Shown in pieces: positions 39,138 through 48,373 of a stretch of DNA of 64,000 bases. Position 1 is the first letter of the stretch; each line of letters opens with the position of its first letter. The DNA is from Promethearchaeota archaeon (GTDB lineage: Archaea > Asgardarchaeota > Lokiarchaeia > Sigyniarchaeales > SOKP01), in NCBI GenBank assembly GCA_011364925.1, contig RDOA01000003.1:80068-144067 (forward strand). Reading direction: 5' to 3'. A program made the translations under genes and the position numbers. Under the pieces are notes generated by a model, which was not told the DNA's origin, did no database searches, and saw nothing but the letters and a program-made list of their open reading frames with translations.

Positions 39138-39425
39138 TTGACAATTGACGACTTAATAAGTTTCTTGAAAAAGAAAGGTTTTAGAGATACTTTAGAAGTG
39201 TTAATGAACACTAAAGGCCATAAAATTGACAAGCATGCGTTCTATAGCGAGTTGAACAAGTTTAGTTACTACAATTCGTATTTCAGAGTAAAAGAAGATT
39301 TAATCGACCGTGGCTTAATAGCTATTGAGCAGAATAACAAAAAGAAATTCGTTAAACTAACACCGAAAGGTTTAGATGTGTATAATAGGCTTGTTGAAAT
39401 CAATAAGCTAATTAATAACAAGTAA
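39138..39425 (+). CDS. Small winged-helix DNA-binding protein
   Basis: LIDRGLI...VKLTPKG wing motif. Confidence 0.75.
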   Translation: MTIDDLISFLKKKGFRDTLEVLMNTKGHKIDKHAFYSELNKFSYYNSYFRVKEDLIDRGLIAIEQNNKKKFVKLTPKGLDVYNRLVEINKLINNK

Positions 39426-39524
39426 AACGAACTTTTTGCTCTTTTCTTAAAACTTAGTAATAATTTTTTATTCATTCTTTCTTTTTTTATTATATAAACC
39501 TATTTATTTAGGAGTTGGGAACTG

Positions 39525-40157
39525 TTGATTTTTAGGAAATTAATTGTTGGACCTCTAGGGACAAATTGCTATATTTTCGGATCTGATGAGACTGGTGAAG
39601 TTGTTGTAATAGATCCTGGAGGTAACGCAGATAAAATTATCGCATCTATAGAGGAATTGGGGGGTAAACCAATAGCTGTTTTATTAACTCATGGACACTT
39701 CGATCACACAACAAAAGTTGGAAGGATGCTGCGACACTTCCAAATCCCGCTGATGTATAGCAGAAAGGAGTACGATTTTGGTACGTTTACGCAAAAAGAA
39801 GCTGATAGATGGTTAGTTGAGGGGGACATTATCAGTGTTGGTGAAATTACACTTCACACTTTAGAGACTCCAGGACATAGCCCGGGTTCTCTTTGTTTTT
39901 ATTCCACAGATGTTAAAGAGTTTAACGGTAAAGCAATAGATGGAATAGTGTTTTCGGGGGATTTAATCTTCAGGGGGAGCATTGGTCGTTCAGACTTTCA
40001 AGGTGGCGATCAAAAAGCTCTATTTTCAAGCATTAAAACTAAAATTATGTATAATAAAAATCTGACCGATAACATGATACTTTGTTCTGGTCACATGGAG
40101 TTAACAACGATAGGAATAGAAAGAGCGTCAAATATGTTTAGAAAATATTTCCTCTAA
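39525..40157 (+). CDS. MBL-fold metallo-hydrolase (glyoxalase II-like)
   Basis: THGHFDH, TPGHSPG, FSGDLIF, GH. Confidence 0.92.
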   Translation: MIFRKLIVGPLGTNCYIFGSDETGEVVVIDPGGNADKIIASIEELGGKPIAVLLTHGHFDHTTKVGRMLRHFQIPLMYSRKEYDFGTFTQKEADRWLVEGDIISVGEITLHTLETPGHSPGSLCFYSTDVKEFNGKAIDGIVFSGDLIFRGSIGRSDFQGGDQKALFSSIKTKIMYNKNLTDNMILCSGHMELTTIGIERASNMFRKYFL

Positions 40158-40218
40158 TGATTAATATCAACTCTGGATATTAAGGAGCAAGAGAGAGTTA
40201 AAATCCAAGAAGAAGATC

Positions 40219-40503
40219 TTACTTTAGGATAATTAGAATTAGTTGTTCTTCTAAAGCAATCATAGTTTCTCCTTTCGATGTCTCCAAGCGAATAAATTTC
40301 AGACCACCTTCTTTCAGAGCATCGACCACTTGTTTACCTTTACCGATGAGTGAGGTTACGTAAGCTGATATCTCTTCACTAATTTCAATATCCATGTTAG
40401 AATCGATTGGTAAACCGCTTGAATCACAAATTATCACACCGCGAATACCTTCTCGTTCTTCAAAGCGACGAATGATGGCTTTTACTTCTTGACGATTAAT
40501 CAA
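40219..40503 (-). CDS. Roadblock/LC7 domain protein (dynein light chain Roadblock-like)
   Basis: EVKAIIRRF...GIRGVIICDSSGLPI...LKFIRLETSKGETMIA. Confidence 0.9.
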   Translation of the reverse strand: MINRQEVKAIIRRFEEREGIRGVIICDSSGLPIDSNMDIEISEEISAYVTSLIGKGKQVVDALKEGGLKFIRLETSKGETMIALEEQLILIILK

Positions 40504-40785
40504 ATTCTAATTTTCACCATTTAGACAATAAATAGATTAAAATTTCAATTATATGATATAAATATAATATATTTAGTATTTAAAAAACTATCATCTTCTT
40601 TTAATGCTTTTAATAAGACGCAAATAATTTAAGGAAGTTTTAGTACTCAATATTTTAACGAAATGTCCTAAAATAAATTTAAATTACTTTAAAATATATA
40701 TATATTTAAGAATTTATCAGTTCAAATTTGAATAAGCTAATTCAGAAATCAAACTGATAAAAATACAGTAAAGAGTAGCGTTACA

Positions 40786-41139
40786 ATGGTAGACAAAAAT
40801 GTAATCGAACAGAAATTGGCAGAATTGATGGATATTGTACCAGAATGTGAAGGATTAATCGCTGCAGATCTTGAAGGTAAAGTGATTGTAGGTCAGACTA
40901 TTACTGAAATGAACCACGGTGAAATCGCAAAAAAATGCAGCACAATAGTAAGAGATTCCAATGGATTAGGTAACCACACGGGAAAAGGGTCTTTAAAATC
41001 TGCTACTATAGAGTTAGAAAGTGGATACGCTGTAATCGTTGGTTCTGACACTGGGATTTTGATCGCATTAGCAGGGGTAGATGGAAAATCCTCACTCTCG
41101 CTTCTAAAGAGAAATTTAGTTTCAATCTCAAACTTATAA
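40786..41139 (+). CDS. Roadblock/LC7 (MglB-like) domain protein
   Basis: EGLIAADLEGKVI, GKGSLKSATIELESG, SLSLL C-terminal helix. Confidence 0.82.
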   Translation: MVDKNVIEQKLAELMDIVPECEGLIAADLEGKVIVGQTITEMNHGEIAKKCSTIVRDSNGLGNHTGKGSLKSATIELESGYAVIVGSDTGILIALAGVDGKSSLSLLKRNLVSISNL

Positions 41140-41188
41140 TTTTATTTCCTCTTTTTAAAAAATAAGGATGAAAAGTTAAGTTAGAATC

Positions 41189-44100
41189 TTAATCTTTAAG
41201 ACCCTTTTCTTCTAATAAGGAGTCTAAATCTGTTTTTTCTTCTTCTTCTTCCTCAACTTTCTCTTTTTTAGCTTTCTTCTTTTTAATTTTTTTAAGTTTT
41301 ACTTCGCGAATTTCTTCTGTCTTTTCTTCTTGCACTTTGAGAGGTAATTCTCTCACTGAAACGTATTTTCCTCTCCTTGGTCGTGGTTTAATTGGTTCCT
41401 CAAGAGGAGTTTCAATTTTCCTGATTGTTCTTCTTATATAAAGCAAAGAGATCGCCCACACTATTACGAAAATGCCAATCATTATCAAAGCGAAATAGGA
41501 TATAAGCAACGAATCAAGTGGAGCATCGTAAATTGTAAAATCTACAGTTTTTTGGAACACTACATTCTCCTGTGTTTGTTCGTTTCTTGCATCAATCGTC
41601 ATGGAGAATGATATTTGGTCAACTGAAGATATATCTATTTTAACTATTATTGTTGTTATGTCATTTGGTTTGAATTCAGCTAATTTCATGAAGTTAATTT
41701 GCTCAATACTGTACGATAAAGTTGGAGAAATTTGAATAGTAATATTTTGGATTAATACTTTAAGTTCAGAATCACCAATATTACTTAATGTAATGCTAAT
41801 CGCCGACGGAGTGTTTTTAAACAACTGATCCACATCCTTAGTGATCCTCAACGAGATATTATTACGTGCTCGGAACATTGTTACAGTTATGTTTTGCGAA
41901 TTGGCGAGGGTGTATTGATCTCCTTGCCAACTTAATCGAAATGTAAACTCATCCTCATGAGGCAACAAGAGAGTGTCGATCTCAAAATTTGTTGTTCCAT
42001 TTTCGTCAGTCATCTGAGTCGAAAAGTTTTGCCACGCATTGTTATCAAAATAAAGGAGCGAGACATTCTTAGCGGGGAATCTATCTCCAAATTCAGTGCT
42101 TAACACGGAACTTATGTTAAATTTTTGACCATATATCGGTGTGTGAGGGATAGTTGAAATCTCTGAAAATTTGCTATTAATTTTCAATGAGAATGAGCTA
42201 ATGAAATCGTTATAACTGCTAACATAATTCTTATCGTAAATGTTAACGATGAATGTAGTTTTGTTAGGTAAGTATAAGCATTCGTCTCTTTTGAATGGCT
42301 TTAGGATCGATGCGCTTGTGACCTGTTTATCTTTTTTTAAGGCAATAAGGTATCCTTCAAATTCTGATTGAGTGCTATTTACGAGTAAGGATGTATCTGC
42401 ACTTTTATAAGTTCCAACTTCATGACTTTTCCCGCCGTATTCAAAGTAAATAGTAAATTTTGTCGTCACCCCTCCTTTTCTTACAGGTGCATTCACGCCC
42501 TTCCAAATTCCGTTTCCGAGAAGGTCTGGAATTGTGAGATCGACAAAGAAATCTTTCGTATCGTCCCCATTTGGATCGATACTTGGTTTTAACGTTTGAA
42601 TTCCTGTAGTTTTTTCAGCAATTATCCATTTTTCGTTAGCAAAAGAAACCAATTGAACTTTAACTTTGACCTTTAAATCAAGAAAATCGTGTAGATTATG
42701 AATTCTAGTGCCTATCCTTATGTCCTCATTCGGATTTAAGATGGTCTCGTTTTGCACAAAAGTTTCAACGAGAATAGGGATTTCTTCATTGTTTACCTTA
42801 TGAATAAATTCTTTATTAATGTTAGTTTTATTGATTGCGAAAAATCCGGGTCTATATCGATCGTCTGTCACATTAACAGTGCCAATTAAAATTGAATAGC
42901 TTTCATAGACTCTATCAACTATTCCAACCAAAATATTGCGATCTAGATTTTCTTCGTAGAAACAATCTTGTAAATTAACATCGTAAGAATCAATATATAA
43001 TTTAAGTTTTTGACAACCTATAGCAGATCCGTTCTCCCAAAAGAACCCTAAATAGTAGTTTCCGAGAAGAGGTGTAGCTTGATTAACATCTAAAATTGTA
43101 AGGTTGTTAAAGTCGTACTTAAGGTAATCGTCTACAATAACTCCCACTCCTGAATTCATTTCTGCTCCTGGAACTTTTGTTTTATTGTTTGGATAGAATA
43201 AAACTACATTAGCATTTCCATTGGTTGGGGGTTCCCCATCTGGTCTTTGAACATCGAGGCTAACAGAAATATTATCACCATACATAAATCCATTTGTTTC
43301 CCATAAAATGTCGTTATAGTTGATATAACTGTGCATATTGTAAATTAAATTACTGCTATTTAAAGCTAGAGAATATTGACCACTTATACCATTGATAATA
43401 TAATAAGGAACAGCCGTATAATCAAATGATGGTCTGGAAACCAACGAACGTTCTCCTCCTGTGTTGTTTATTACTTCTCTATAAATATCATCGTAATTAG
43501 GATTTGTTAAATTATGTGCAGCATAATCGTTGGGGTACACAAACCAAACTTCTTGAAATGTCCACTCGTTCAAGTTCGGATCGGCAAGATTTAAAGTGAA
43601 ATTTAGTTGCCATTCAGGAGTAGTATCATACGATACTTTATAATAGCTGTTCGCGTTTTCTATCCAATAAGCTCTTACCGTATATGATACATTAAATTCA
43701 AATCCTTTAATGACACTTTTATTCCAAGTGAGAACTATAGGAAAATTGTAAGAACCGTCATTGACTATCTCTGGTGTGAAGTGACTCGTCCATTGTCCTA
43801 AACCCCATGTTAAAGAGGAACTTACATCGTAAGGAGGAGCAGCAATAACGCTATTGTTTAATGGAATATTCTGAATCTTCAATGTATCTTCACTATCGTA
43901 TGGATTTATAAAATCCGACGGCATGTAAGCCCTCGTCACGTTCAATTTAAACGCTGCTGCGTCTAGTTGTTCCGAGAGATATAGTGGCACTGAAGGGACT
44001 TGTTTTTTAGCTATGTTCCATGTAGATCCACTATCTTCGGATAAAAGTAATTTATGGTCTATTCGATTATCGGGATCACCATATGTCTGTCGGGGTAACG

Positions 44101-45388
44101 TGACCAAACTGTAGACCAAATCTGTCCGATTAGATTTGATCACGATAAAATAATTATAAAGATTTAATTTTTGAGTGTTGCCAAGATTGAATCCAAAATA
44201 TGTAAGTGAATCACCATGATATTCATTAAAACCAATTATTTTTGAATCAATAAGTTGAGAATTATTAGGTTTAAGATTGTTTGCAATTAAATAGGATTGA
44301 GTTCGAGGGATTGTAGAATTTGCTTTGTATAACGAGATATTTAATTCTGCGTTTGCAGCTTTGGCTAAATCTAAAGTTCTTATCCACGCGTAAAATCCAT
44401 TTACTGTTGTACTTATTCCTTTTAGATCAAATTCCAACGCTAGTTGTTTGTTTTCGGTTATAGGTAAATCGAATCCGTATGTTGATACTAATTTAAATTC
44501 TCTTAAGGTGAGAATAAAATCACTAGAATCGTATTTCTGCACATAAAATTGAAGTTGGTTAACATCAGAACCATTAATGTAGTTTAAATTTTCGTTAATA
44601 ATGCGATCTTCAAACTGTTGCGTGCCCAGACTGCTATTGATGAACAATCTGTCAGTTACATTGACCCACATAGAATCATAGATATTATACATCTTCAGAG
44701 TTAAAAACACATCATTGTTAAGACTACCAGAAAAGGTCGATATCAACCCTAATATCAAGGATCTATTAAAGTCTACATTAAACACTGGTCCGTCAAAAAT
44801 CGTGTTAGTAAAGCTGGAATCGATTGTGAAATTCAATATTCCACCTGAAGAACTCAACCTTATGTATGTAGATGGATTATTATCAACTAACTTATTGAAA
44901 TTAATGGCATCTAAGTTTGTACCTGTATTGATGTTCATAAGCGATGCGTCTTCATCGTATGTAAACTTTATAAAATCATTTGCATATAGCGCACCCGTAT
45001 TTTCAATAATATAATCGGTTGTAAAGTTATTTTGAAAAGTGAAATTGAAATTCCCATATGAAAGGTATGTCGTGTCTGTAGTTGACATAGATGGAATGTT
45101 AAAAGAACCAACATTATTAGCATTAGAATTAGAGTTATTCAGCGCGTAAATTCTAACATCTTGATTGGATCCCGAGCCGGTTATGTAGTAATCTGTTAAA
45201 TATGGATCAGCAGCAGAAGATTCGGGATTCTCTTCACGATCGGACCAATATTGTTCTAAGGTATTGTTTGTATTGTGATTAAAATTACTGAAAATCTGAA
45301 TATTGGCTAACAACATAAAAATAATAAACATACTTGCCACAATTATTCTTGTAACATCATTTTTTCGGCGTTGAATCAAATAAACCAA
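41189..45388 (-). CDS. Large (1399 aa) cell-surface glycoprotein with N- and C-terminal TM and charged cytoplasmic tail
   Basis: N-terminal hydrophobic segment, many N-x-S/T sequons, TDENG Ig-like motif, TM then K/E-rich tail. Confidence 0.8.
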   Translation of the reverse strand: MVYLIQRRKNDVTRIIVASMFIIFMLLANIQIFSNFNHNTNNTLEQYWSDREENPESSAADPYLTDYYITGSGSNQDVRIYALNNSNSNANNVGSFNIPSMSTTDTTYLSYGNFNFTFQNNFTTDYIIENTGALYANDFIKFTYDEDASLMNINTGTNLDAINFNKLVDNNPSTYIRLSSSGGILNFTIDSSFTNTIFDGPVFNVDFNRSLILGLISTFSGSLNNDVFLTLKMYNIYDSMWVNVTDRLFINSSLGTQQFEDRIINENLNYINGSDVNQLQFYVQKYDSSDFILTLREFKLVSTYGFDLPITENKQLALEFDLKGISTTVNGFYAWIRTLDLAKAANAELNISLYKANSTIPRTQSYLIANNLKPNNSQLIDSKIIGFNEYHGDSLTYFGFNLGNTQKLNLYNYFIVIKSNRTDLVYSLVTLPRQTYGDPDNRIDHKLLLSEDSGSTWNIAKKQVPSVPLYLSEQLDAAAFKLNVTRAYMPSDFINPYDSEDTLKIQNIPLNNSVIAAPPYDVSSSLTWGLGQWTSHFTPEIVNDGSYNFPIVLTWNKSVIKGFEFNVSYTVRAYWIENANSYYKVSYDTTPEWQLNFTLNLADPNLNEWTFQEVWFVYPNDYAAHNLTNPNYDDIYREVINNTGGERSLVSRPSFDYTAVPYYIINGISGQYSLALNSSNLIYNMHSYINYNDILWETNGFMYGDNISVSLDVQRPDGEPPTNGNANVVLFYPNNKTKVPGAEMNSGVGVIVDDYLKYDFNNLTILDVNQATPLLGNYYLGFFWENGSAIGCQKLKLYIDSYDVNLQDCFYEENLDRNILVGIVDRVYESYSILIGTVNVTDDRYRPGFFAINKTNINKEFIHKVNNEEIPILVETFVQNETILNPNEDIRIGTRIHNLHDFLDLKVKVKVQLVSFANEKWIIAEKTTGIQTLKPSIDPNGDDTKDFFVDLTIPDLLGNGIWKGVNAPVRKGGVTTKFTIYFEYGGKSHEVGTYKSADTSLLVNSTQSEFEGYLIALKKDKQVTSASILKPFKRDECLYLPNKTTFIVNIYDKNYVSSYNDFISSFSLKINSKFSEISTIPHTPIYGQKFNISSVLSTEFGDRFPAKNVSLLYFDNNAWQNFSTQMTDENGTTNFEIDTLLLPHEDEFTFRLSWQGDQYTLANSQNITVTMFRARNNISLRITKDVDQLFKNTPSAISITLSNIGDSELKVLIQNITIQISPTLSYSIEQINFMKLAEFKPNDITTIIVKIDISSVDQISFSMTIDARNEQTQENVVFQKTVDFTIYDAPLDSLLISYFALIMIGIFVIVWAISLLYIRRTIRKIETPLEEPIKPRPRRGKYVSVRELPLKVQEEKTEEIREVKLKKIKKKKAKKEKVEEEEEEKTDLDSLLEEKGLKD

Positions 45389-45538
45389 CCGTATTTCTCT
45401 ATTTTTTAGTTATTAAATAATTTAAGAATATTAAAATTTGCTAATTTATATTAAATTTATTCGATAGATTACTAAATGACAAGATATTCAAATAACTTAA
45501 CGATAAAAAATTAAATGAAACCATAGTTTAATAAAATT

Positions 45539-46897
45539 ATGACAGAAGAATTAATTATCAGGAAAATCGATGAAGAAAAAGAAAAATACATCGAATTCTT
45601 TAGAAAACTTGTCCAATGCGATTCAATTAATCCTCCTGGAAATGAAATGAATGTAGCGCTCGTAGTGGAAGCGTTTTTAAAGGAGGTTGGAATTAAAACT
45701 GAATTATTCCCTTTTGGGAATAATCGAGCAAATTTAGTGGCATATTTAACTAATACTTTCAACGGAAAAAATTTACTATTTAATGGTCATATGGATACTG
45801 TTCCTCCTGGTACAGAAAATGATTGGAAATATCCTCCTTTAAGTGCTACAATTAAGCGAAATAAGTTAATTTTTGGGAGAGGGACCACTGACATGAAAGG
45901 GGGATTAGCAGCTATGGTCATTACTTTAAAAATTCTAAAGGAGTTAGATGTTCACATTGATGGAAACTTGATTTTAAACGCTGTAGCAGATGAAGAAATA
46001 GGGGGAGAATTCGGAACGGGTTGGAGTGTAGAAAATCCACTTAAGAATATAAAGTGCAATTTTGCGATTATAGGTGAAGCCTCGGCTCTTAGTCCACTTC
46101 CAAAAGCGATATTAGTTGGAGAAAAAGGACATCTTCAAATTAAAATTACTACCAACGGAATATCTGGTCATTCAGGAATGCCATCTATTAGTAAGAATGC
46201 AATTTACATGATGAGTGAAATAATTGAAAAGCTGGATAAACTTGATGAGCTGATTCCAACGCCTAAACCTCCAATGAGTTTAGAAAAAGTCAAAAGTTTA
46301 ATAGGGGTAGTCTTTCCTAGTAGGGAAATATTCGAAAGGATAATGAAGGAACAACCTGAATTGGAGGGAGTTATGCTATCGATAACATCATATTCAAAAG
46401 CACTTACCATGATTCGAGGGGGAGTCAAAGAGAATGTAATCCCAGACTCCTGTGAAGGAGTACTTGACGTTAGACTTCTACCTAATCAGAAGAGTGAACC
46501 GATTGTGGATGCTTTGAAGAAATTGATCGAAGAAGATGTTGGTTATGAAGTAAGAGATAAGGACTCTACCAGTCCAACTAAAATTTTTGTTGAACTTGAA
46601 GTAATATGTGACTCTGAAGGGTCTTACTGGGATGAGTGGGAGGATTCGGAAGACTTAAAGTTATTATACAGTATCGTTGAAGACATTTACGAAAAAAAAC
46701 CTTTTTACTTCCTACTGCCAGGTTCTGCCGACGCCCGTTATTTACGTAATAAAGGTTACTGTCCCCAAACTGTCCTTTTTGGCCCTGGTGAAGGAAGATC
46801 TGCCCACGCCGTAGATGAACACGTTGAAATTCAAGATTTTCTGAGATCGATTAAAGTTTATTCGATTTTTGCTTACAGATTTCTATCAAAAAATTAA
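45539..46897 (+). CDS. M20 metallopeptidase (ArgE/DapE family)
   Basis: NGHMDTVP, GRGTTDMKGG, DEE, GGVKENVIP, AHAVDE. Confidence 0.92.
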   Translation: MTEELIIRKIDEEKEKYIEFFRKLVQCDSINPPGNEMNVALVVEAFLKEVGIKTELFPFGNNRANLVAYLTNTFNGKNLLFNGHMDTVPPGTENDWKYPPLSATIKRNKLIFGRGTTDMKGGLAAMVITLKILKELDVHIDGNLILNAVADEEIGGEFGTGWSVENPLKNIKCNFAIIGEASALSPLPKAILVGEKGHLQIKITTNGISGHSGMPSISKNAIYMMSEIIEKLDKLDELIPTPKPPMSLEKVKSLIGVVFPSREIFERIMKEQPELEGVMLSITSYSKALTMIRGGVKENVIPDSCEGVLDVRLLPNQKSEPIVDALKKLIEEDVGYEVRDKDSTSPTKIFVELEVICDSEGSYWDEWEDSEDLKLLYSIVEDIYEKKPFYFLLPGSADARYLRNKGYCPQTVLFGPGEGRSAHAVDEHVEIQDFLRSIKVYSIFAYRFLSKN

Positions 46898-47003
46898 AAA
46901 GGTTGAGAAAAAGTTAAGTATAAAGAATCAGATTAGATTTTTATTAAGAGCCCTCCTATACTGAAACTTTTATTTTTAAGGTAGATATTATAGAGACAAG
47001 AAA

Positions 47004-48191
47004 GTGCAAGATTTAGTAAAGATTGAGGATTGTGTTATTCTTATAGATTCTTCAAGATCTATGGTTAGGAAAGATTTTAAACCAAGTCGATTAGCAATTG
47101 CCTTAGAAACTGCAAAAAAATTTATTCACGAGAAATTCCTAATAGATCCTAAGGATCGGATCGCGATTCTTTCGTTTGGAGCAAATGTTACTAAATTATG
47201 CCCATTCAGTTTCGACGAAGAAAAACTCTTGAATGCATTAAATCGAATTCAGGTATCTGGGAGCGGTACGCTTAATGAAGGTCTCGCGTTTTCAGTTCAA
47301 TATTTAGTAGGAGAAATGCGTAAACTTGGAGGTAAGACAAATAGAATTTTTGTCATCTCCGATAATAAAGTAGAATATACTGATAAGATAAGAAAAATCA
47401 TCAATATCGCTAATGGATTAGGCATTTACATTGACGCATGTCAATTAGGAAAGACCGAGGACCATTCTGAAAGTATTTTAAAGAAAATTGCCAAAACTAC
47501 AGGCGGAAATTTTGGTTTTTTCAATAATTCGAAAGCGATGTTAAATGCTGGAGCTTTATACGCATCAAAAAAAGAACTAAAAGAATCCATTGACTACTTT
47601 GGTCCAGAACAAAAGAGTGAGAATGCTCCACTTATCAGCGAGATCGCATTACAATTGAGAAGACCAAATGTTCTGGATATTCGTTTATTGATGAGTAGTA
47701 AAGAACGAGGTCAGGAAAAGTGTCAGATCTGTCACTCCACGAAATCTCAAATAACTGGCGCTGATTTTTACAGTGAGGGCCGATATTGCCCCTCATGTGA
47801 AAGACCTATGCATTTATCTTGCGTTGCTATGTGGGCTAAGAAAACTGAATACAAGGAAAATGTGTTCAGATGCCCGTTCTGCTTCTTCTTATTAGAACTC
47901 CCTCCTAGTGCGGTAAAATTGGTTGAAGAAAAAGTCCCAACGGAAGAACCAAAAATTAAATTAATCGATGAGAGTGGAATTAATATGGTCTATGTCAATC
48001 AAGTTCCAGAAGTGGAAATTGATGAAATTAACGCGTCTTGTACTTATTGTCACAGTATATTCTTAGGTGATTATAAGGTCTATCAATGCGAGAAATGTAA
48101 AGCATATTACCACGAACCATGTCTAAAAAAGATGTATAATGAAATCAGTGCGTGTAGAAATTGTGGAGCACAGATAATTATTAATGATTAA
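47004..48191 (+). CDS. VWA (Ssl1/Rpn10-like) domain + two RING-like zinc fingers
   Basis: LIDSSRSM..KDFKPSRL MIDAS region; CxxC..CxxC..HxxC..W..CPxC; second CxxC..CxxC..HxxC..CxxC. Confidence 0.85.
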   Translation: MQDLVKIEDCVILIDSSRSMVRKDFKPSRLAIALETAKKFIHEKFLIDPKDRIAILSFGANVTKLCPFSFDEEKLLNALNRIQVSGSGTLNEGLAFSVQYLVGEMRKLGGKTNRIFVISDNKVEYTDKIRKIINIANGLGIYIDACQLGKTEDHSESILKKIAKTTGGNFGFFNNSKAMLNAGALYASKKELKESIDYFGPEQKSENAPLISEIALQLRRPNVLDIRLLMSSKERGQEKCQICHSTKSQITGADFYSEGRYCPSCERPMHLSCVAMWAKKTEYKENVFRCPFCFFLLELPPSAVKLVEEKVPTEEPKIKLIDESGINMVYVNQVPEVEIDEINASCTYCHSIFLGDYKVYQCEKCKAYYHEPCLKKMYNEISACRNCGAQIIIND

Positions 48192-48373
48192 AAATATTCC
48201 GAGTTTCATTCATATTTAGATTCTATTTATTGTAAAAAAATTAATTCCACTCTAACACATAAATTTGAAATAATAAAGTAGATTACTTTAATTACTTTCA
48301 TAATCATTGATAAATGTTAAAAACATTATCGTAAGCTCACGCTGCTCCAATCAAATAAAGGAGGTAATGCACG

